Shown: one piece after another, positions 10,161-21,282 of the stretch
How the letters are laid out: the number at the start of each line of letters is the position of its first letter
How positions within the stretch are numbered: the first letter of the stretch is position 1
From: Ignavibacteriota bacterium
GTDB taxonomy: Bacteria; Bacteroidota; Ignavibacteria; UBA10030; UBA6906
Direction of reading: 5' to 3'
Length of the DNA stretch: 64,000 nt
Assembly: GCA_963801355.1 (NCBI GenBank)
Contig: CAWDEM010000004.1
Span: 320,001-384,000 of the forward strand
Position numbers and translations under genes: made by a program
Notes under the pieces: model-generated
What the model was told of the DNA's origin: nothing
Database searches by the model: none
What the model saw: the letters and a program-made list of their open reading frames with translations, nothing else

Positions 10161-10185
10161 TGAACTACGCCGGGCTTTCTCCGTA
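10161..10185 (+). promoter_or_regulatory. Putative ECF-sigma promoter
   Basis: TGAAC-N16-CGTA, resembling the AAC/CGT ECF consensus, upstream of the HEAT-repeat gene. Confidence 0.45.
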
Positions 10186-10246
10186 CTTTCTTACAGAAAG
10201 AGAAAGCACACCAACGAGTTCCACACACTAATGCAGGGAGGTTGTC

Positions 10247-10699
10247 ATGAAGACGTCAGTAGTGGTGATCGCGGTGCTTGCGCTGATGGTCATGGCAAGC
10301 ACGATGCTGGTGGCGGAAGAGTCGTCACGCACGTTGACCCCCGAACAATATGCGCGTGCCGAGGTGAATCTCCTGGCAGGATTGCAGTCGGACAACCAGG
10401 GAGTGCGTGAAGGGTCGGCGTATATGCTCGGCGAGCTGAAATCCAGCAAGGCAGTGATTCCTTTGATGGCAATGCTCAAAGGTAGTGGCGACGAGACCAG
10501 CCGTGTTGTGGCCGCTCTTGCGCTCACCCGGATTGGTGACGCGCGCGGGGTGTATGCGGTGAAGCGCGCTGCTACATTTGATGAGTCGCCGCAGGTCCAG
10601 CAGAAATGCGCCTTCTTCGTGAATGCCTATGCCCAGCCCGGAACGTTCCAGTTTGCCGTTGTGGGCACCGAGGGCGATCTCGAAATGGCTCACAAGTAA
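10247..10699 (+). CDS. Secreted HEAT-repeat protein
   Basis: Signal peptide; VREGSAYMLGEL...AVIPL and SRVVAALALTRIGDARGV repeats; RBS GGAGG. Confidence 0.8.
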   Translation: MKTSVVVIAVLALMVMASTMLVAEESSRTLTPEQYARAEVNLLAGLQSDNQGVREGSAYMLGELKSSKAVIPLMAMLKGSGDETSRVVAALALTRIGDARGVYAVKRAATFDESPQVQQKCAFFVNAYAQPGTFQFAVVGTEGDLEMAHK

Positions 10700-10728
10700 G
10701 CGCTATTCCGCAGAGTCTCTCCGCAAGA

Positions 10729-10764
10729 GCGCGGGCGGGCGGCTGGAAAGTCGCCCGTTCGCGT
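10729..10764 (+). terminator. GC-rich hairpin, probable terminator
   Basis: GCGCGGGCGGGCGGCT-GGAA-AGTCGCCCGTTCGCGT with G-U pairs; the U tract is weak. Confidence 0.5.
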
Positions 10765-10785
10765 TCCCCCCTTCCCCTCGCGTGT

Positions 10786-10814
10786 TTGAGTATTCCCTGA
10801 ATATCTCGTACATT
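10786..10814 (+). promoter_or_regulatory. Sigma70-type promoter (ftsB-rarA-lptD)
   Basis: TTGAGT-N17-TACATT. Confidence 0.65.
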
Positions 10815-10821
10815 GACCATT

Positions 10822-11166
10822 ATGGAGAATCTGTTCTACCGCAAGAAGAAGTCACCGTGGGATCTCCGCGAACCGTTACGGCGGCTTCTTCGGAACAAAC
10901 GCCTTCTGCTGGTACTTGCCGTTGCCACGCCTCTCGCGGGATACCTGCTTTTTGGCAGTCGCGGCATCATTCAGCGCGTCCGTCTGGAACATCAGAAAGT
11001 CGAGATGGAACAGCGCGTCCGCGATGCAGAAGCAGATGCCGACCGCCTGAAGAGAGAGTCGAAGGCGCTGGACAATGACCGCGCGGCCATTGAGCGTGTC
11101 GCACGCGAAAAACATGGCATGCTTCGCTCCGGCGAAACCGTGTACAGAACATCTCCGAACCGCTGA
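10822..11166 (+). CDS. Septum formation initiator (FtsB/DivIC family)
   Basis: Single TM, coiled coil, IERVAREKHGMLRSGETVY motif. Confidence 0.88.
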   Translation: MENLFYRKKKSPWDLREPLRRLLRNKRLLLVLAVATPLAGYLLFGSRGIIQRVRLEHQKVEMEQRVRDAEADADRLKRESKALDNDRAAIERVAREKHGMLRSGETVYRTSPNR

Positions 11167-12482
11167 TGGACCTGTTTGCGGCAGACACCGACTCGGCGGG
11201 CGCACATGAGCATGTCCCGCTGGCCGAGCGCGCTCGCCCCCGGTCGTTGGCAGAATTTGTCGGACAGGAGCACCTTCTGGGCGAGGGGATGCCCCTCCGC
11301 ATTCTCATCGAGCGGGACCGTGTTCCTTCCCTGATACTCTGGGGTCCCCCCGGCAGCGGCAAGACCACACTTGCGCGCCTCATCGCACTGCATACCGACG
11401 CATCCTTTGTCCAGCTGAGTGCCGTTACCGCCGGCGTGAAGGATGTTCGCGCCATACTCGACCGCGCCGCGACAGCCCGGCGGCAGCGTCGCACCATTCT
11501 TTTCATTGACGAAATTCACCGCTTCAACAAAGCACAGCAGGATGCGCTCCTGCACAGCGTGGAAGAAGGTCTGGTGACGTTGATCGGCGCGACGACGGAG
11601 AATCCATCCTTCGAAGTCATCCCGCCGCTCCTCTCACGGTGCCGGGTGTACCTCCTGCATCCCCTTTCCGCGGATCATCTCAATGCGATCGTGGATTATG
11701 TTCTTGCCCACGATCCCGTGCTGCGCGATCGCCGGATTTCCGTTACGGACCGGGCACGGCTCCTGATGCTTTCCGGCGGAGACGCACGATCCCTCCTGAA
11801 CGGGTTGGAAACTGCGCTGCGCATCGCCGAACAGTCGGGGACGGAAGATATCCGGCTGGGCCGGGCCGAATTTGATGCCGCATTCCAGCAGAAGACGACC
11901 CGCTACGATAACGGCGGCGAAGAGCACTACACTATCATCTCCGCATTCATCAAGAGTGTGCGTGGAAGCGATCCGGACGCGGCGGTGTACTGGATGGCCC
12001 GGATGCTGGAGGGCGGCGAAGATCCCAAGTTCATCGCGCGGCGGATGATCGTACTGGCTTCGGAAGACATCGGCAACGCCGACCCCTACGGTATTACACT
12101 CGCGGTATCCACCTTTACCGCTGTCGACTATGTCGGGATGCCCGAAGCCCGGATCATTCTCTCCCAGTGCGCGACGTACCTTGCATCGGCGCCCAAAAGC
12201 AATGCAGCCTACAAGGCCATCAATGAAGCCCTGGAGGATGTGAAGTCCACCCAGGACGCGCCCGTCCCCCTCCACCTGCGCAACGCTCCCACCGGCTTGA
12301 TGCATGCGCTGGGATACGGGGTGGAGTACAAGTACAGCCACGACCATCCCGGCCACTTCGTTGAACAACAATACCTCCCGGAAGGATTCACGACAAAGAC
12401 GTACTACCGTCCCACAGACAACGGCCGTGAGAAAGACATGCGGGAACGGCTTAACCGCCTGTGGCCCGGGAGGAAGAGATGA
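11166..12482 (+). CDS. rarA: Replication-associated recombination protein A (MgsA/RarA)
   Basis: [65 protein letters not shown]. Confidence 0.96.
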   Translation: MDLFAADTDSAGAHEHVPLAERARPRSLAEFVGQEHLLGEGMPLRILIERDRVPSLILWGPPGSGKTTLARLIALHTDASFVQLSAVTAGVKDVRAILDRAATARRQRRTILFIDEIHRFNKAQQDALLHSVEEGLVTLIGATTENPSFEVIPPLLSRCRVYLLHPLSADHLNAIVDYVLAHDPVLRDRRISVTDRARLLMLSGGDARSLLNGLETALRIAEQSGTEDIRLGRAEFDAAFQQKTTRYDNGGEEHYTIISAFIKSVRGSDPDAAVYWMARMLEGGEDPKFIARRMIVLASEDIGNADPYGITLAVSTFTAVDYVGMPEARIILSQCATYLASAPKSNAAYKAINEALEDVKSTQDAPVPLHLRNAPTGLMHALGYGVEYKYSHDHPGHFVEQQYLPEGFTTKTYYRPTDNGREKDMRERLNRLWPGRKR

Positions 12483-15088
12483 GGGGCGTTCGGCGGGGTC
12501 TCGGCCTCCTTCTCGTGTTCATTCCCCTCTACGCAGAAGGGCAGACCGCGGTCCGTCTTGACACGGCGGCAGTCCCTCCCGGCAGTGCCCTTGTGCGGCG
12601 TGATTCCCTGTCGCGACCCGACAGCGCCGTCGTGCGCGTCGACTCCCTGGCCCGCTCATCTCCTTCGGGAGTCGATTCGATTGTCTCGTACACGGCGGTC
12701 GACTCGATTGTGTATGATATTGCGGCCCGGACGATGACGCTTCATGGCGAGGGTGCAATTGACTACAAGGAGCTCGGCCTCAAAGCCGCGCACATTGACA
12801 TCAACTGGAATACCGCCACCCTCCATGCCCGCGGTGTCCCCGACCCGGCCGACAGCACCGGGGTCCGCATCAAGGGCCTGCCCGATCTCAAGGACGGTGG
12901 CGAATCCTACCACGGGTCGACCGTATCCTACAACTTCCGCACAAAAAAAGGGAAGATCGATCTGGGGAAGACGGAGATCGAGAAAGGCCTCTACTACGGC
13001 AGCGAAATCAAGAAGGTCGAGCCGGATGTCCTGTTCGTGCAGAATGGCAAGTTTACCACATGTGACCTCGAGCATCCGCACTACTATTTCGGCAGTCCGG
13101 AGATGAAGCTCATCGTCCGTGATAAGATCATCGCACGGCCGATCTATCTCTATATCGCGGACGTACCGGTATTCGCACTCCCGTTCGGCGTGTTTCCCTC
13201 GGAACGGGGACGCCGTTCGGGCCTGATCGCACCAGCGTTCGGCGAAAGTGAACGCGGCCGGTACCTGCTGCATCTGGGATACTACTGGGCGATGAACGAC
13301 TACATGGACTGGAGTATACGGGCCGACGGCTATTCGAAGGGAAGCTACACGCTCTATTCGGAGTATCGCTACGGGCTGCGGTATTTGTTCAACGGGTCGT
13401 TAAGCGGATCATACGGACGCGTGGTCACCAGGGAGACGAGCGATCCCGATTTCACCGAAGACAAGGTATTCAACATTCATCTCGGCCACAATCAGGAATT
13501 CAACCCCACGACACGGCTTGTGGTGGACTTCACATTCACCAGCGGGTCGTTTTATCAACAGACCAGCAATGCACTGAACGACCTGCTGCGGCAGAATGTC
13601 ATCAGCAACGCGACCCTCACGAAGTACTGGGAGGGAACGCCGAACAGCTTGACCTTCAACGTGCGGCGCGACCAGAATCTGCAACCCGCTCCCGGCGGCA
13701 TCGAGCTGAGTGAGATCCTGCCGAGCATCAATTTCAATCACAGCCAGAGTTTCCCCTTCCGCTCCGGCAAGAGCAGCAGCGGGGGAGGGCAGTGGCGCTG
13801 GTTTGAACTGATCGGCCTTTCATACAGCGGCCAGTTTCTCAACACGCGCACGACCACGAACCTCGTTACGCACAAGGAGGTCGACGAGCGCCGCGGGGTA
13901 CAGCATACCATTACCACCAATGCCGCTCCCAAGATCGGCTACGTCACTCTTGCACCGTTCTTCAACTATACCGAGAAGTGGTACGACAAGCGGATTTCCA
14001 GAAGTTATGATGTGCAGGACAGTGCAGTGCACACGCAGGATGTGAAAGCGATCACCGCCGTGCGGTATTTTGACATGGGTGTTTCGGCTGCCACGAAATT
14101 CTTCGGCATTTTCCAGCCCGGCATCCTCGGCATCAAAGGCATCCGCCACCAGGTCACCCCCAGCGTGACATACACATACCAACCGGATTTCTCGCAGTCG
14201 CGCTACGGATACTATGGCAGGTACAACGATGCCGCGGGCACCGAACAGACATACAGCCTGTATGAACGCGAAGTGTTCGGCGGAGCTCCAGGCGAAGAGC
14301 GGCAAGCCGTCAGTCTCCGGATCGGCAATGTCTTTGAAATGAAGACCGCCGCTGACGACACATCGGACAGGGAGAACAAGTTCCAGCTTTTGAATCTGGA
14401 CCTTTCCACTTCGTACAATTTCGCCCGTGACAGCTTGAATTTCGATGAAGTCGGTGTGGGATTCCGGACGTCGATCGGGCAATTTTTGAACATCGGCGGG
14501 AGTGCGCGCTACAATCTCTATAAGTTCGTTCCGGACCCCGTCCGTCCCGGAACAGGACGGCGCGTGAACAAGTTTCTTCTGAGCGAAGGACGCTTCGCTG
14601 ATATGACGGGGTTCAACATCAGCGTCGGCACGAGATTCAGCGGAGAGAAGCGGCAGACTACGGCGGGGCCTGTGCTGAGTGCGGAGGATTCCCTCCGCGA
14701 AAAAGAGCGGAGCGGGTACAGGAACCTCTACGACGAAGAACCACCCGACTTCAGCATTCCCTGGAGTCTGGACCTCAACTGGAACTTCAGCCAGAGCCGG
14801 CCCGGCGATCCTTCGTTGATCTATCGCAGTTCAGGGCTCTCCGCATCGCTGGGATTCAATCTCACCGACAACTGGAAATTCACGGCCAGTGCGAACTACG
14901 ACCTGATCAACCGGCAATTCGCCGCGCCCCAGATCACAGTGTACCGGGACCTCCATTGCTGGGAAATGAACTTCTCGTGGGTACCAACGGGATACTACAG
15001 GAATTACCGGCTGGAAATACGTCTGAAAGCGCCCCAATTGCAGGATGTGAAGCTGACGAAACAGGCCAGCGGGAGGAACCTGTTCTAG
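12479..15088 (+). CDS. lptD: LPS-assembly protein LptD-like outer-membrane protein
   Basis: Signal peptide, OstA-like N-region with [19 protein letters not shown], beta-barrel, C-terminal YRDLHCW motif. Confidence 0.85.
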   Translation: MRGVRRGLGLLLVFIPLYAEGQTAVRLDTAAVPPGSALVRRDSLSRPDSAVVRVDSLARSSPSGVDSIVSYTAVDSIVYDIAARTMTLHGEGAIDYKELGLKAAHIDINWNTATLHARGVPDPADSTGVRIKGLPDLKDGGESYHGSTVSYNFRTKKGKIDLGKTEIEKGLYYGSEIKKVEPDVLFVQNGKFTTCDLEHPHYYFGSPEMKLIVRDKIIARPIYLYIADVPVFALPFGVFPSERGRRSGLIAPAFGESERGRYLLHLGYYWAMNDYMDWSIRADGYSKGSYTLYSEYRYGLRYLFNGSLSGSYGRVVTRETSDPDFTEDKVFNIHLGHNQEFNPTTRLVVDFTFTSGSFYQQTSNALNDLLRQNVISNATLTKYWEGTPNSLTFNVRRDQNLQPAPGGIELSEILPSINFNHSQSFPFRSGKSSSGGGQWRWFELIGLSYSGQFLNTRTTTNLVTHKEVDERRGVQHTITTNAAPKIGYVTLAPFFNYTEKWYDKRISRSYDVQDSAVHTQDVKAITAVRYFDMGVSAATKFFGIFQPGILGIKGIRHQVTPSVTYTYQPDFSQSRYGYYGRYNDAAGTEQTYSLYEREVFGGAPGEERQAVSLRIGNVFEMKTAADDTSDRENKFQLLNLDLSTSYNFARDSLNFDEVGVGFRTSIGQFLNIGGSARYNLYKFVPDPVRPGTGRRVNKFLLSEGRFADMTGFNISVGTRFSGEKRQTTAGPVLSAEDSLREKERSGYRNLYDEEPPDFSIPWSLDLNWNFSQSRPGDPSLIYRSSGLSASLGFNLTDNWKFTASANYDLINRQFAAPQITVYRDLHCWEMNFSWVPTGYYRNYRLEIRLKAPQLQDVKLTKQASGRNLF

Positions 15089-16344
15089 GCGGTTTGCTTC
15101 CTCTCCTCGTACCTGTATACCGGCTCTTTTTTCCGCAGGATCACATCCCGGGTGATCGTACAGCCCGTCACGCCCTGTTTGTCGGGGAGCGTGTACATGA
15201 CCTCGGTCATGACCTCTTCGAGGATTGACCGGAGCGCACGCGCCCCGGTACCCCGCTCCATCGCTTTCTGGACGACGGTCTTCAGGGCGGCCTCCTCGAA
15301 CACCAGATCGACACCTTCCATTCTGAACAGGCGTGCATACTGCTTGACGATGGCGTTTTTGGGGCCCGTCAGAATGTTCAGCAGGGCATCCTCACCCAGC
15401 GACTGCATTGCACTGACCAGCGGCAGGCGGCCGACAAACTCCGGAATCATGCCGTACTTGATCAGATCTTCGGGCTGCACCATCCGAAGGTACTCGTCGG
15501 ACTGCACGTCCTTCTTGCCGCGGATGTCGGCGCCGAATCCCATCGGGTTGCGGTTCACCCGGCGCGCAACAATCTTGGAGAGCCCTTCGAAGGCTCCGCC
15601 GCAGATGAACAGGATATTGCGGGTGTTAATGTTGATCAGGCTCTGCTCGGGATGCTTGCGTCCGCCTTTCGGTGGAACCCCCGCCACAGTGCCTTCCAGG
15701 ATCTTCAGGAGCGCTTGTTGTACGCCTTCGCCCGACACATCCCGGGTAATGGACGCGCTTTCACTCTTGCGCGCGATCTTGTCGATTTCGTCGATATACA
15801 CAATCCCGCGTTCCGCCTTCTCCACGTTGTACTCGGCGTTCTGCAGGAGGTGCACCAGAATCGTCTCGACGTCGTCGCCCACGTAGCCCGCTTCGGTCAG
15901 CGTGGTGGCATCGGCAATGGCGAACGGGAGGTCGAGGATCTTCGCCAGCGTTTGTGCGAGGAGAGTCTTGCCGGTGCCGGTCGGACCTATCAGCAGGATG
16001 TTGGTCTTCTCAATTTCCACTTCATCCAGTTCAAAGAGGTGGTCCCGGGCATCGATGCGCTTATAGTGATTGTACACCGCGACCGCGAGCGCGCGCTTCG
16101 CGTGCTCCTGCCCGATGACGTATTCGTCGAGGGCTGCTTTGATCTGGGTCGGCACAAGGCTCGCGCGCGGGCCGCGTTTTGCTGTAAATGCTGCAAGATT
16201 GTTCCGGATAATGTCTACCGAGCTTGCAACGCAGATGTCACAGATGTAGACATCGGGGCCTGCAATGATGCTCTGCACCTCTTCCGGGGTGCGGTTGCAG
16301 AAGGAACAATGGATCTTGTCGCCGTTACGAGTGCGTTGGGTCAT
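15085..16344 (-). CDS. clpX: ATP-dependent Clp protease ATP-binding subunit
   Basis: CSFC...ICDIC zinc finger, [26 protein letters not shown]. Confidence 0.98.
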   Translation of the reverse strand: MTQRTRNGDKIHCSFCNRTPEEVQSIIAGPDVYICDICVASSVDIIRNNLAAFTAKRGPRASLVPTQIKAALDEYVIGQEHAKRALAVAVYNHYKRIDARDHLFELDEVEIEKTNILLIGPTGTGKTLLAQTLAKILDLPFAIADATTLTEAGYVGDDVETILVHLLQNAEYNVEKAERGIVYIDEIDKIARKSESASITRDVSGEGVQQALLKILEGTVAGVPPKGGRKHPEQSLININTRNILFICGGAFEGLSKIVARRVNRNPMGFGADIRGKKDVQSDEYLRMVQPEDLIKYGMIPEFVGRLPLVSAMQSLGEDALLNILTGPKNAIVKQYARLFRMEGVDLVFEEAALKTVVQKAMERGTGARALRSILEEVMTEVMYTLPDKQGVTGCTITRDVILRKKEPVYRYEERKQTA

Positions 16345-16362
16345 GGGGGTGTCGCCGAAGCA

Positions 16363-16983
16363 CTATTTTTTTGCTTCGCGCTCCTTCTTGACGTAAACGT
16401 TGTCGATCAAACCATACGCTTTGGCATCTTCCGACGACATGTACCGGTCGCGGTCCGTGTCCTTCTCCAGGCTTTCGAGCGGCCGGCCGCAATGATGGGC
16501 CAGGATTTCATTGAGACGCCGCTTTGTCCGCAGTATCTCTTCCGCCTGAATGCTGATGTCGGACGCGGTTCCCTGTACGCCACCCCAGGGCTGATGGATC
16601 ATGATGCGCGAGTTGGGAAGTGCGGAGCGCTTCCCCTTGGTCCCTCCGGCAAGCAACACCGCCCCCATGCTGGCCGCAAGGCCGATGCAGATGGTGGACA
16701 CATCCGGACGGATGTACTGCATGGTATCGTAGATTGCCAGTCCGGAGGAGACGCTGCCGCCGGGACTGTTGATATACACGTTGATGTCCTTTTCGGGATC
16801 TTCCGATTCCAGGAACAGCAGCTGTGCTATGATCAGGCTCGCGACCGTGTCATCAATCGGCGTGCCGATGAACACGATCCGTTCCTTCAGCAAGCGTGAG
16901 AAGATGTCATAGGCGCGCTCGCCCCGGCCGGTCTGTTCGACGACCATAGGAATCAATTGGGCGCGGATATCGGGGATGTGCAT
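16363..16983 (-). CDS. clpP: ATP-dependent Clp protease proteolytic subunit
   Basis: [33 protein letters not shown]. Confidence 0.98.
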   Translation of the reverse strand: MHIPDIRAQLIPMVVEQTGRGERAYDIFSRLLKERIVFIGTPIDDTVASLIIAQLLFLESEDPEKDINVYINSPGGSVSSGLAIYDTMQYIRPDVSTICIGLAASMGAVLLAGGTKGKRSALPNSRIMIHQPWGGVQGTASDISIQAEEILRTKRRLNEILAHHCGRPLESLEKDTDRDRYMSSEDAKAYGLIDNVYVKKEREAKK

Positions 16984-16999
16984 TGGATCTCCTTGTTCA

Positions 17000-18274
17000 T
17001 CAATGCTGAGGTTCTGTCACGATCTTGTCGGTGATCCGGGCGTGATCCTTGAGGAAGGCCGCGATCTTGTTCGTCAGCAGACGGTCCCGGATCGCCTCGG
17101 AAGTCTTCACATGCGGAAGAAGTTTTTCCTTGGTCAATCCGCTCCGGGCGGCTTCATCGTCGGCGACCTTTTCCAGATCCGCCTCTGTCACCTCAATGTG
17201 CTCTGTTTCTGCGATGCGTTCTTTAATGAGCATCCACTTTGCCTGCCATACGGCATACACGCGTCGTTCCTCGCGGAACTTCTTGTCGTCGAAGCCCGCC
17301 GGTAACTGCCGGTCGCGGGAACGGTTGCGGAGCTCCTCCACGTACGAATCCAGAATGCCCTCCACCAGGGCGTCCGGAACGCTGAATTCATGCCGGCGGA
17401 CAATTTCCGAAGCGATATCGTCGGCCACCTTGGCCTCCGTGCGTTCCGTCCAGTACCGCTCCAGATCGGCGCGGATCGAAGCACGGAACTCCTCGGGCGA
17501 ACTCACCTTGTCCCGGGTCACCTTCCGTACTAACGCTTCATCATAGGGTGGAAGTTCGACCTTGTCTATTTTTTTTGCCGTAATGGCGATGTGGACGTCA
17601 TGGGCGTGGTCATCGTGCTGCGTCGTGTATTTTGTCTTGACCTCTTCGTGCACTTTGATGTTCCGCAACGCTCCCTTGATTTCCGGGGTGAGCGAGGCAT
17701 CGGAGAGGTAGAAACGCACGCCCGCCGACTTCTTGCCGATCAGAGGCGTACCCGCGTCGTCGAGTTCCTGCACATCCGCGGTGACGACGTACTCATCGTC
17801 GGCGGCAAGGTCCGCAGGTATCATCGTGCTGTGCACTTTACGCAGCTGCAGGAGCTCATCCTCCACCTCCGCATCGGTCACCGGGTGCACGGGCCGCTCC
17901 ACTGCGATGCCTTTGTACGCCTTCAGATCGACCACGGGTTTGACTTCATACTTGATTTTGAAGCGGAAGTGTTCGCCGCGTTTGAAGTCCATGTCCGTCA
18001 TTGACGGAGTTCCCACCGGGTGGATGTTCCGCTCTTCCATGGCTGCATGGTAGGCATCGTTCGCGATGTCATCAAGAGACTCGTGCTCGATTGCCTCACC
18101 GTACAGTTTCTTGATCATCTCCAGCGGTGCTTTGCCCTTCCGGAAGCCCCGCAATTCTGCCTTGGCTCGATACTTTGCGTAGGCCTTGTCAAACGACGGT
18201 TGAAGCTCTTCGCTCGTGAGCTGGAATTCCGCTTCGTGTTGTACGTCGGAGTGGTTTGTGATTGTTACCTGCAC
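17000..18274 (-). CDS. tig: Trigger factor
   Basis: GFRKGKAP ribosome-binding signature; tig-clpP-clpX synteny; GTG start. Confidence 0.95.
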   Translation of the reverse strand: MQVTITNHSDVQHEAEFQLTSEELQPSFDKAYAKYRAKAELRGFRKGKAPLEMIKKLYGEAIEHESLDDIANDAYHAAMEERNIHPVGTPSMTDMDFKRGEHFRFKIKYEVKPVVDLKAYKGIAVERPVHPVTDAEVEDELLQLRKVHSTMIPADLAADDEYVVTADVQELDDAGTPLIGKKSAGVRFYLSDASLTPEIKGALRNIKVHEEVKTKYTTQHDDHAHDVHIAITAKKIDKVELPPYDEALVRKVTRDKVSSPEEFRASIRADLERYWTERTEAKVADDIASEIVRRHEFSVPDALVEGILDSYVEELRNRSRDRQLPAGFDDKKFREERRVYAVWQAKWMLIKERIAETEHIEVTEADLEKVADDEAARSGLTKEKLLPHVKTSEAIRDRLLTNKIAAFLKDHARITDKIVTEPQH

Positions 18275-18365
18275 CAGAAGATTCCTCGAATGATGGTGGT
18301 GTCATGATGCGCTGAGGTGAACGTCAAGGCACACCTACAAGGCCTGCTCGCCCGCAAGATCGTTG

Positions 18366-18447
18366 TGGGCATAGGGGGACTCGAACCCTCACGGATTGCT
18401 CCACTAGATCCTAAGTCTAGCGCGTCTGCCAATTTCGCCATATGCCC
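18366..18447 (-). tRNA. tRNA-Leu (anticodon TAG), 3' CCA not encoded
   Basis: GGGCATATGGCGAAATTGGCAGACGCGCTAGACTTAGGATCTAGTGGAGCAATCCGTGAGGGTTCGAGTCCCCCTATGCCCA: acceptor stem, CTAGA/TCTAG anticodon stem around TAG, long variable arm, GTTCGA T-loop. Confidence 0.97.
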
Positions 18448-18489
18448 GATCGCACGATAGCGACGGTCGTCATTCAACACGTAACAGGT

Positions 18490-18518
18490 AATGTAGGGAA
18501 AAAAGGCGTGACTTCCAA
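18490..18518 (-). promoter_or_regulatory. Sigma70-type promoter (tRNA-Leu-tig-clpPX)
   Basis: TTGGAA-N17-TACATT on the minus strand. Confidence 0.65.
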
Positions 18519-18525
18519 AGTGCCG

Positions 18526-20262
18526 TCAGGGGTTCGCCACCGGCGGGTGCGGGAGCATAAGCCGGAAGGTGGAGCCCTGACCCGGCGAAGAGGAGACATC
18601 GACGGTACCGCCGTGGTCTTCCATGATTCTCTTTACAATAGAGAGGCCCAGGCCCGTGCCGTGCTTTTTGCCGTGGGAGAAGAATGGTTCAAAGAGGTGC
18701 CGGCGGACCTCGTCGGGGATACCCGGACCTGTATCGTGGACCTCCACGGCGATTCCGCCTTCCAGGTTCTCCGTGCGGATGGTGACCGTGCCCCCCTGGG
18801 GCATCGCATCGGCAGCGTTGCTGACGAGATTGGTGAGCACCCGGGCGAACTTCACTGCATCCAGGAGCGCCATACCGTCGTATCCGTACGAGCGGCGGAG
18901 CGCAATGTTCCGGCTGGTGAGGTCGGTCTCGAGAAACGGGAGAATCTGTTCCATCGCCTCCGGGAGACGCACGCTGGTGAGCACGGTTGTGGAAGTCCCG
19001 CGGCTGAATTCCAGGATCTCCCGTACCATTGCCGAAAGCCGGTCTACCTGAAGAATCATCTGTTCGGCCATGTGCGCAGCGTCGGCGGAATCGGACTTCT
19101 TTTTGATCGCGCCTGCATACAACCGCATGGTCGCCATCGGGTTCGTGATGTCATGCAGTATCGTGGCCGCCATGCGTCCCACCGCACTCAAGCGTTCATT
19201 GTGGATCATGTCCTGTGCGAGCCGCGCATTCTCGACGGCAATTGCCGCGTGCACCGAGAGTGCATCGATGAACGATTCATCTTCCGGTCCGAAATGACCC
19301 GTGCGCTTGTTGAGAAGCTGGAACACGCCGATGATGTTGCCGTCACGGTTGCGCATGGGCATGCACAGCACCGTATGTGTCGTGTACCCGCTCTTGTGGT
19401 CGATGTCCGGGCTGAAGCGAGGATCACGGTACGCATCGGTGATATTGACCGTTTCTCCCGTCCGTGCGACATACCCGGCGAGTCCCTTCCCGAGGGGCAG
19501 GCGGATTTCCGATATTCCGTCGCCCTGCGCAACCATCGACCAGAGCTCATCGGCTTTCTGATCCACCAGATACACCGTGCCGCGGTCCGCGGTAATGGTG
19601 CGCGTCGCCACATCAAGAATAAGCGCAAGAACCGTCCCGAGGTCGAGGGCTGAATTCACAATCTTACTTGCTTCGATGAGGATCGTCAGGCGGTCCATCC
19701 GGTTCCGGGACGCCAGAATATTCCGCCCCAGCTCCATGACAAAGTTTTGATCCATTGACCGGAGACGGAGGGCGAGGTTGTTGAGCAGGTTGAAGGCAAT
19801 CTGGCTGTGATCGTGGACCAGGTCGTGATAGTTGTCGACACTGAGAACGAGGATTTCGCATGCATCCAGAGCTTCCGCCCGGGCGGAGCGGGGAAGGCCG
19901 TCGATGAGCGACAATTCACCGAAGAAATCACCGGGGTGAAGCACCGCAAGCAACGATTCGACGCCGAATTTCGTATATTTCTTTATCCGGACTCGCCCGC
20001 TGGCGATCAATAACAGATCGCGTCCTTTGGAATACTCGTCAAAGATAAGATCACCGGCATCGAAGTGGCGCTGCGTAAACCGATGACGGCAACGGCGCAC
20101 GATGGCGGGATCGACATCACGGAAGAGGATATTCTGTTGCAGGATCTCGATGAAGGTCTGCGATGCAGGGGGCTTCCGCCGCACCGCCCGGCGTCGCGGA
20201 CTCCCGGCTTTGGTCTTTGCCGGGGCTTTGGGTTTGGACTTTGCAGTGCGTCGCGCGTTCAT
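18526..20262 (-). CDS. cNMP-binding / GAF / histidine kinase
   Basis: cNMP domain (GDFFGELSLIDGLPRSA), GAF (GKGLAG...DAYRDPRF...QLLNK), H-box LHDITNP, N-box NAADAM, DTGPGI, GTGLGL. Confidence 0.92.
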   Translation of the reverse strand: MNARRTAKSKPKAPAKTKAGSPRRRAVRRKPPASQTFIEILQQNILFRDVDPAIVRRCRHRFTQRHFDAGDLIFDEYSKGRDLLLIASGRVRIKKYTKFGVESLLAVLHPGDFFGELSLIDGLPRSARAEALDACEILVLSVDNYHDLVHDHSQIAFNLLNNLALRLRSMDQNFVMELGRNILASRNRMDRLTILIEASKIVNSALDLGTVLALILDVATRTITADRGTVYLVDQKADELWSMVAQGDGISEIRLPLGKGLAGYVARTGETVNITDAYRDPRFSPDIDHKSGYTTHTVLCMPMRNRDGNIIGVFQLLNKRTGHFGPEDESFIDALSVHAAIAVENARLAQDMIHNERLSAVGRMAATILHDITNPMATMRLYAGAIKKKSDSADAAHMAEQMILQVDRLSAMVREILEFSRGTSTTVLTSVRLPEAMEQILPFLETDLTSRNIALRRSYGYDGMALLDAVKFARVLTNLVSNAADAMPQGGTVTIRTENLEGGIAVEVHDTGPGIPDEVRRHLFEPFFSHGKKHGTGLGLSIVKRIMEDHGGTVDVSSSPGQGSTFRLMLPHPPVANP

Positions 20263-20303
20263 ATGAAGACCGGACGGGTCACTTGGGCGGTGGATTTCGG
20301 TGA

Positions 20304-20332
20304 ATGATAGCCAAACCGTATGCCAGAGTCAA
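20304..20332 (-). promoter_or_regulatory. Sigma70-type promoter (histidine kinase)
   Basis: TTGACT-N17-TATCAT on the minus strand. Confidence 0.7.
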
Positions 20333-20361
20333 GCCACATCCGAACAACTCCGACACACCTT

Positions 20362-21282
20362 ATGGATGATGCCATTGTCCTCAGGACAACCGGACTCGCG
20401 AAACGTTTCGGACGTCGATGGGCAGTCAGGAACCTCGACCTGAGTGTCCGACGGGGAGAAGTCTTCGGCTTTCTCGGCCCGAACGGTGCAGGAAAAAGCA
20501 CGACGATCCGGATGCTGCTCTCACTTGTCCGCCCGACTGAAGGCCGGGTGGAGCTCTTCGGCAATCGCCTGACGCGGCGACAGCGGAGCGGGCTCCGGAA
20601 GATCGGTGGGCTTGTGGAGCGGCCTGACTTCTATCTCTACCTGACGGCCCGCCGGAATCTCGAGATCGTTGCCGGCGTGCGGGGGGATGGCTCGGCCTCC
20701 GATATCGACCGCGTGCTCGACACCGTGGGTCTTACTTCCCGTGCACACGACAAAGTCAAGACCTACTCCCATGGTATGAAACAGAGGCTCGGCATCGCGC
20801 AGGCTCTGCTCGGGGCGCCGGAGCTGATCATCCTGGACGAACCCACCTCCGGTCTGGATCCCCAGGGAATCAAGGAAGTCCGTGAACTCATCCGGCAGCT
20901 CTCCCGCGAAGGCCGGATGACGATCTTTCTTTCGTCGCACCTGCTGAGCGAGATCGAACAGATCGCCACAAGCATGGCGATTATTAATCAGGGCCGGCTG
21001 GTGGTGCAGGGACGGGTGGCGGATTTGCTGGAAGCGGGTGACAATGTCGTCCGCATCGAAACACCCATGAGAGACCGAGCACTGGCGGTGATCGCATCGT
21101 CGGGCCTCGCAACCACCGCACACGCGGTGGGACCGGCGATTGAGTGCTCGATGTCGCGCGACCGTGTCGGCGAATTGAACCGGCTTCTCGTTCTCGAAAA
21201 TATCCCCGTCCTTGCGCTGGTGCCGAAGCGATCTCTGGAAGAGTACTTCCTCTCCATCACCGAGGGAGGGAGCGAACTATGA
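20362..21282 (+). CDS. ABC transporter ATP-binding protein (BcrA-like exporter)
   Basis: GPNGAGKST, YSHGMKQRLG, ILDEPTSGLDP, SSH. The start could be 20320. Confidence 0.92.
   Translation: MDDAIVLRTTGLAKRFGRRWAVRNLDLSVRRGEVFGFLGPNGAGKSTTIRMLLSLVRPTEGRVELFGNRLTRRQRSGLRKIGGLVERPDFYLYLTARRNLEIVAGVRGDGSASDIDRVLDTVGLTSRAHDKVKTYSHGMKQRLGIAQALLGAPELIILDEPTSGLDPQGIKEVRELIRQLSREGRMTIFLSSHLLSEIEQIATSMAIINQGRLVVQGRVADLLEAGDNVVRIETPMRDRALAVIASSGLATTAHAVGPAIECSMSRDRVGELNRLLVLENIPVLALVPKRSLEEYFLSITEGGSEL

Noticed and set aside
15652-16899. 415-aa plus-strand ORF, and similar long ORFs at 214-1233, 18442-19653, 26184-27335, 32439-33497, 34196-35311, 51272-52264 and 60904-61902
   Set aside because: Each lies antisense to a well-supported gene and has no recognisable motifs. 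Such shadow ORFs are expected from codon bias at high GC.
18366-18447. tRNA-Leu as an integration site
   Set aside because: Its 3' side runs straight into tig-clpP-clpX. I saw no duplicated tRNA 3' end and no adjacent integrase.
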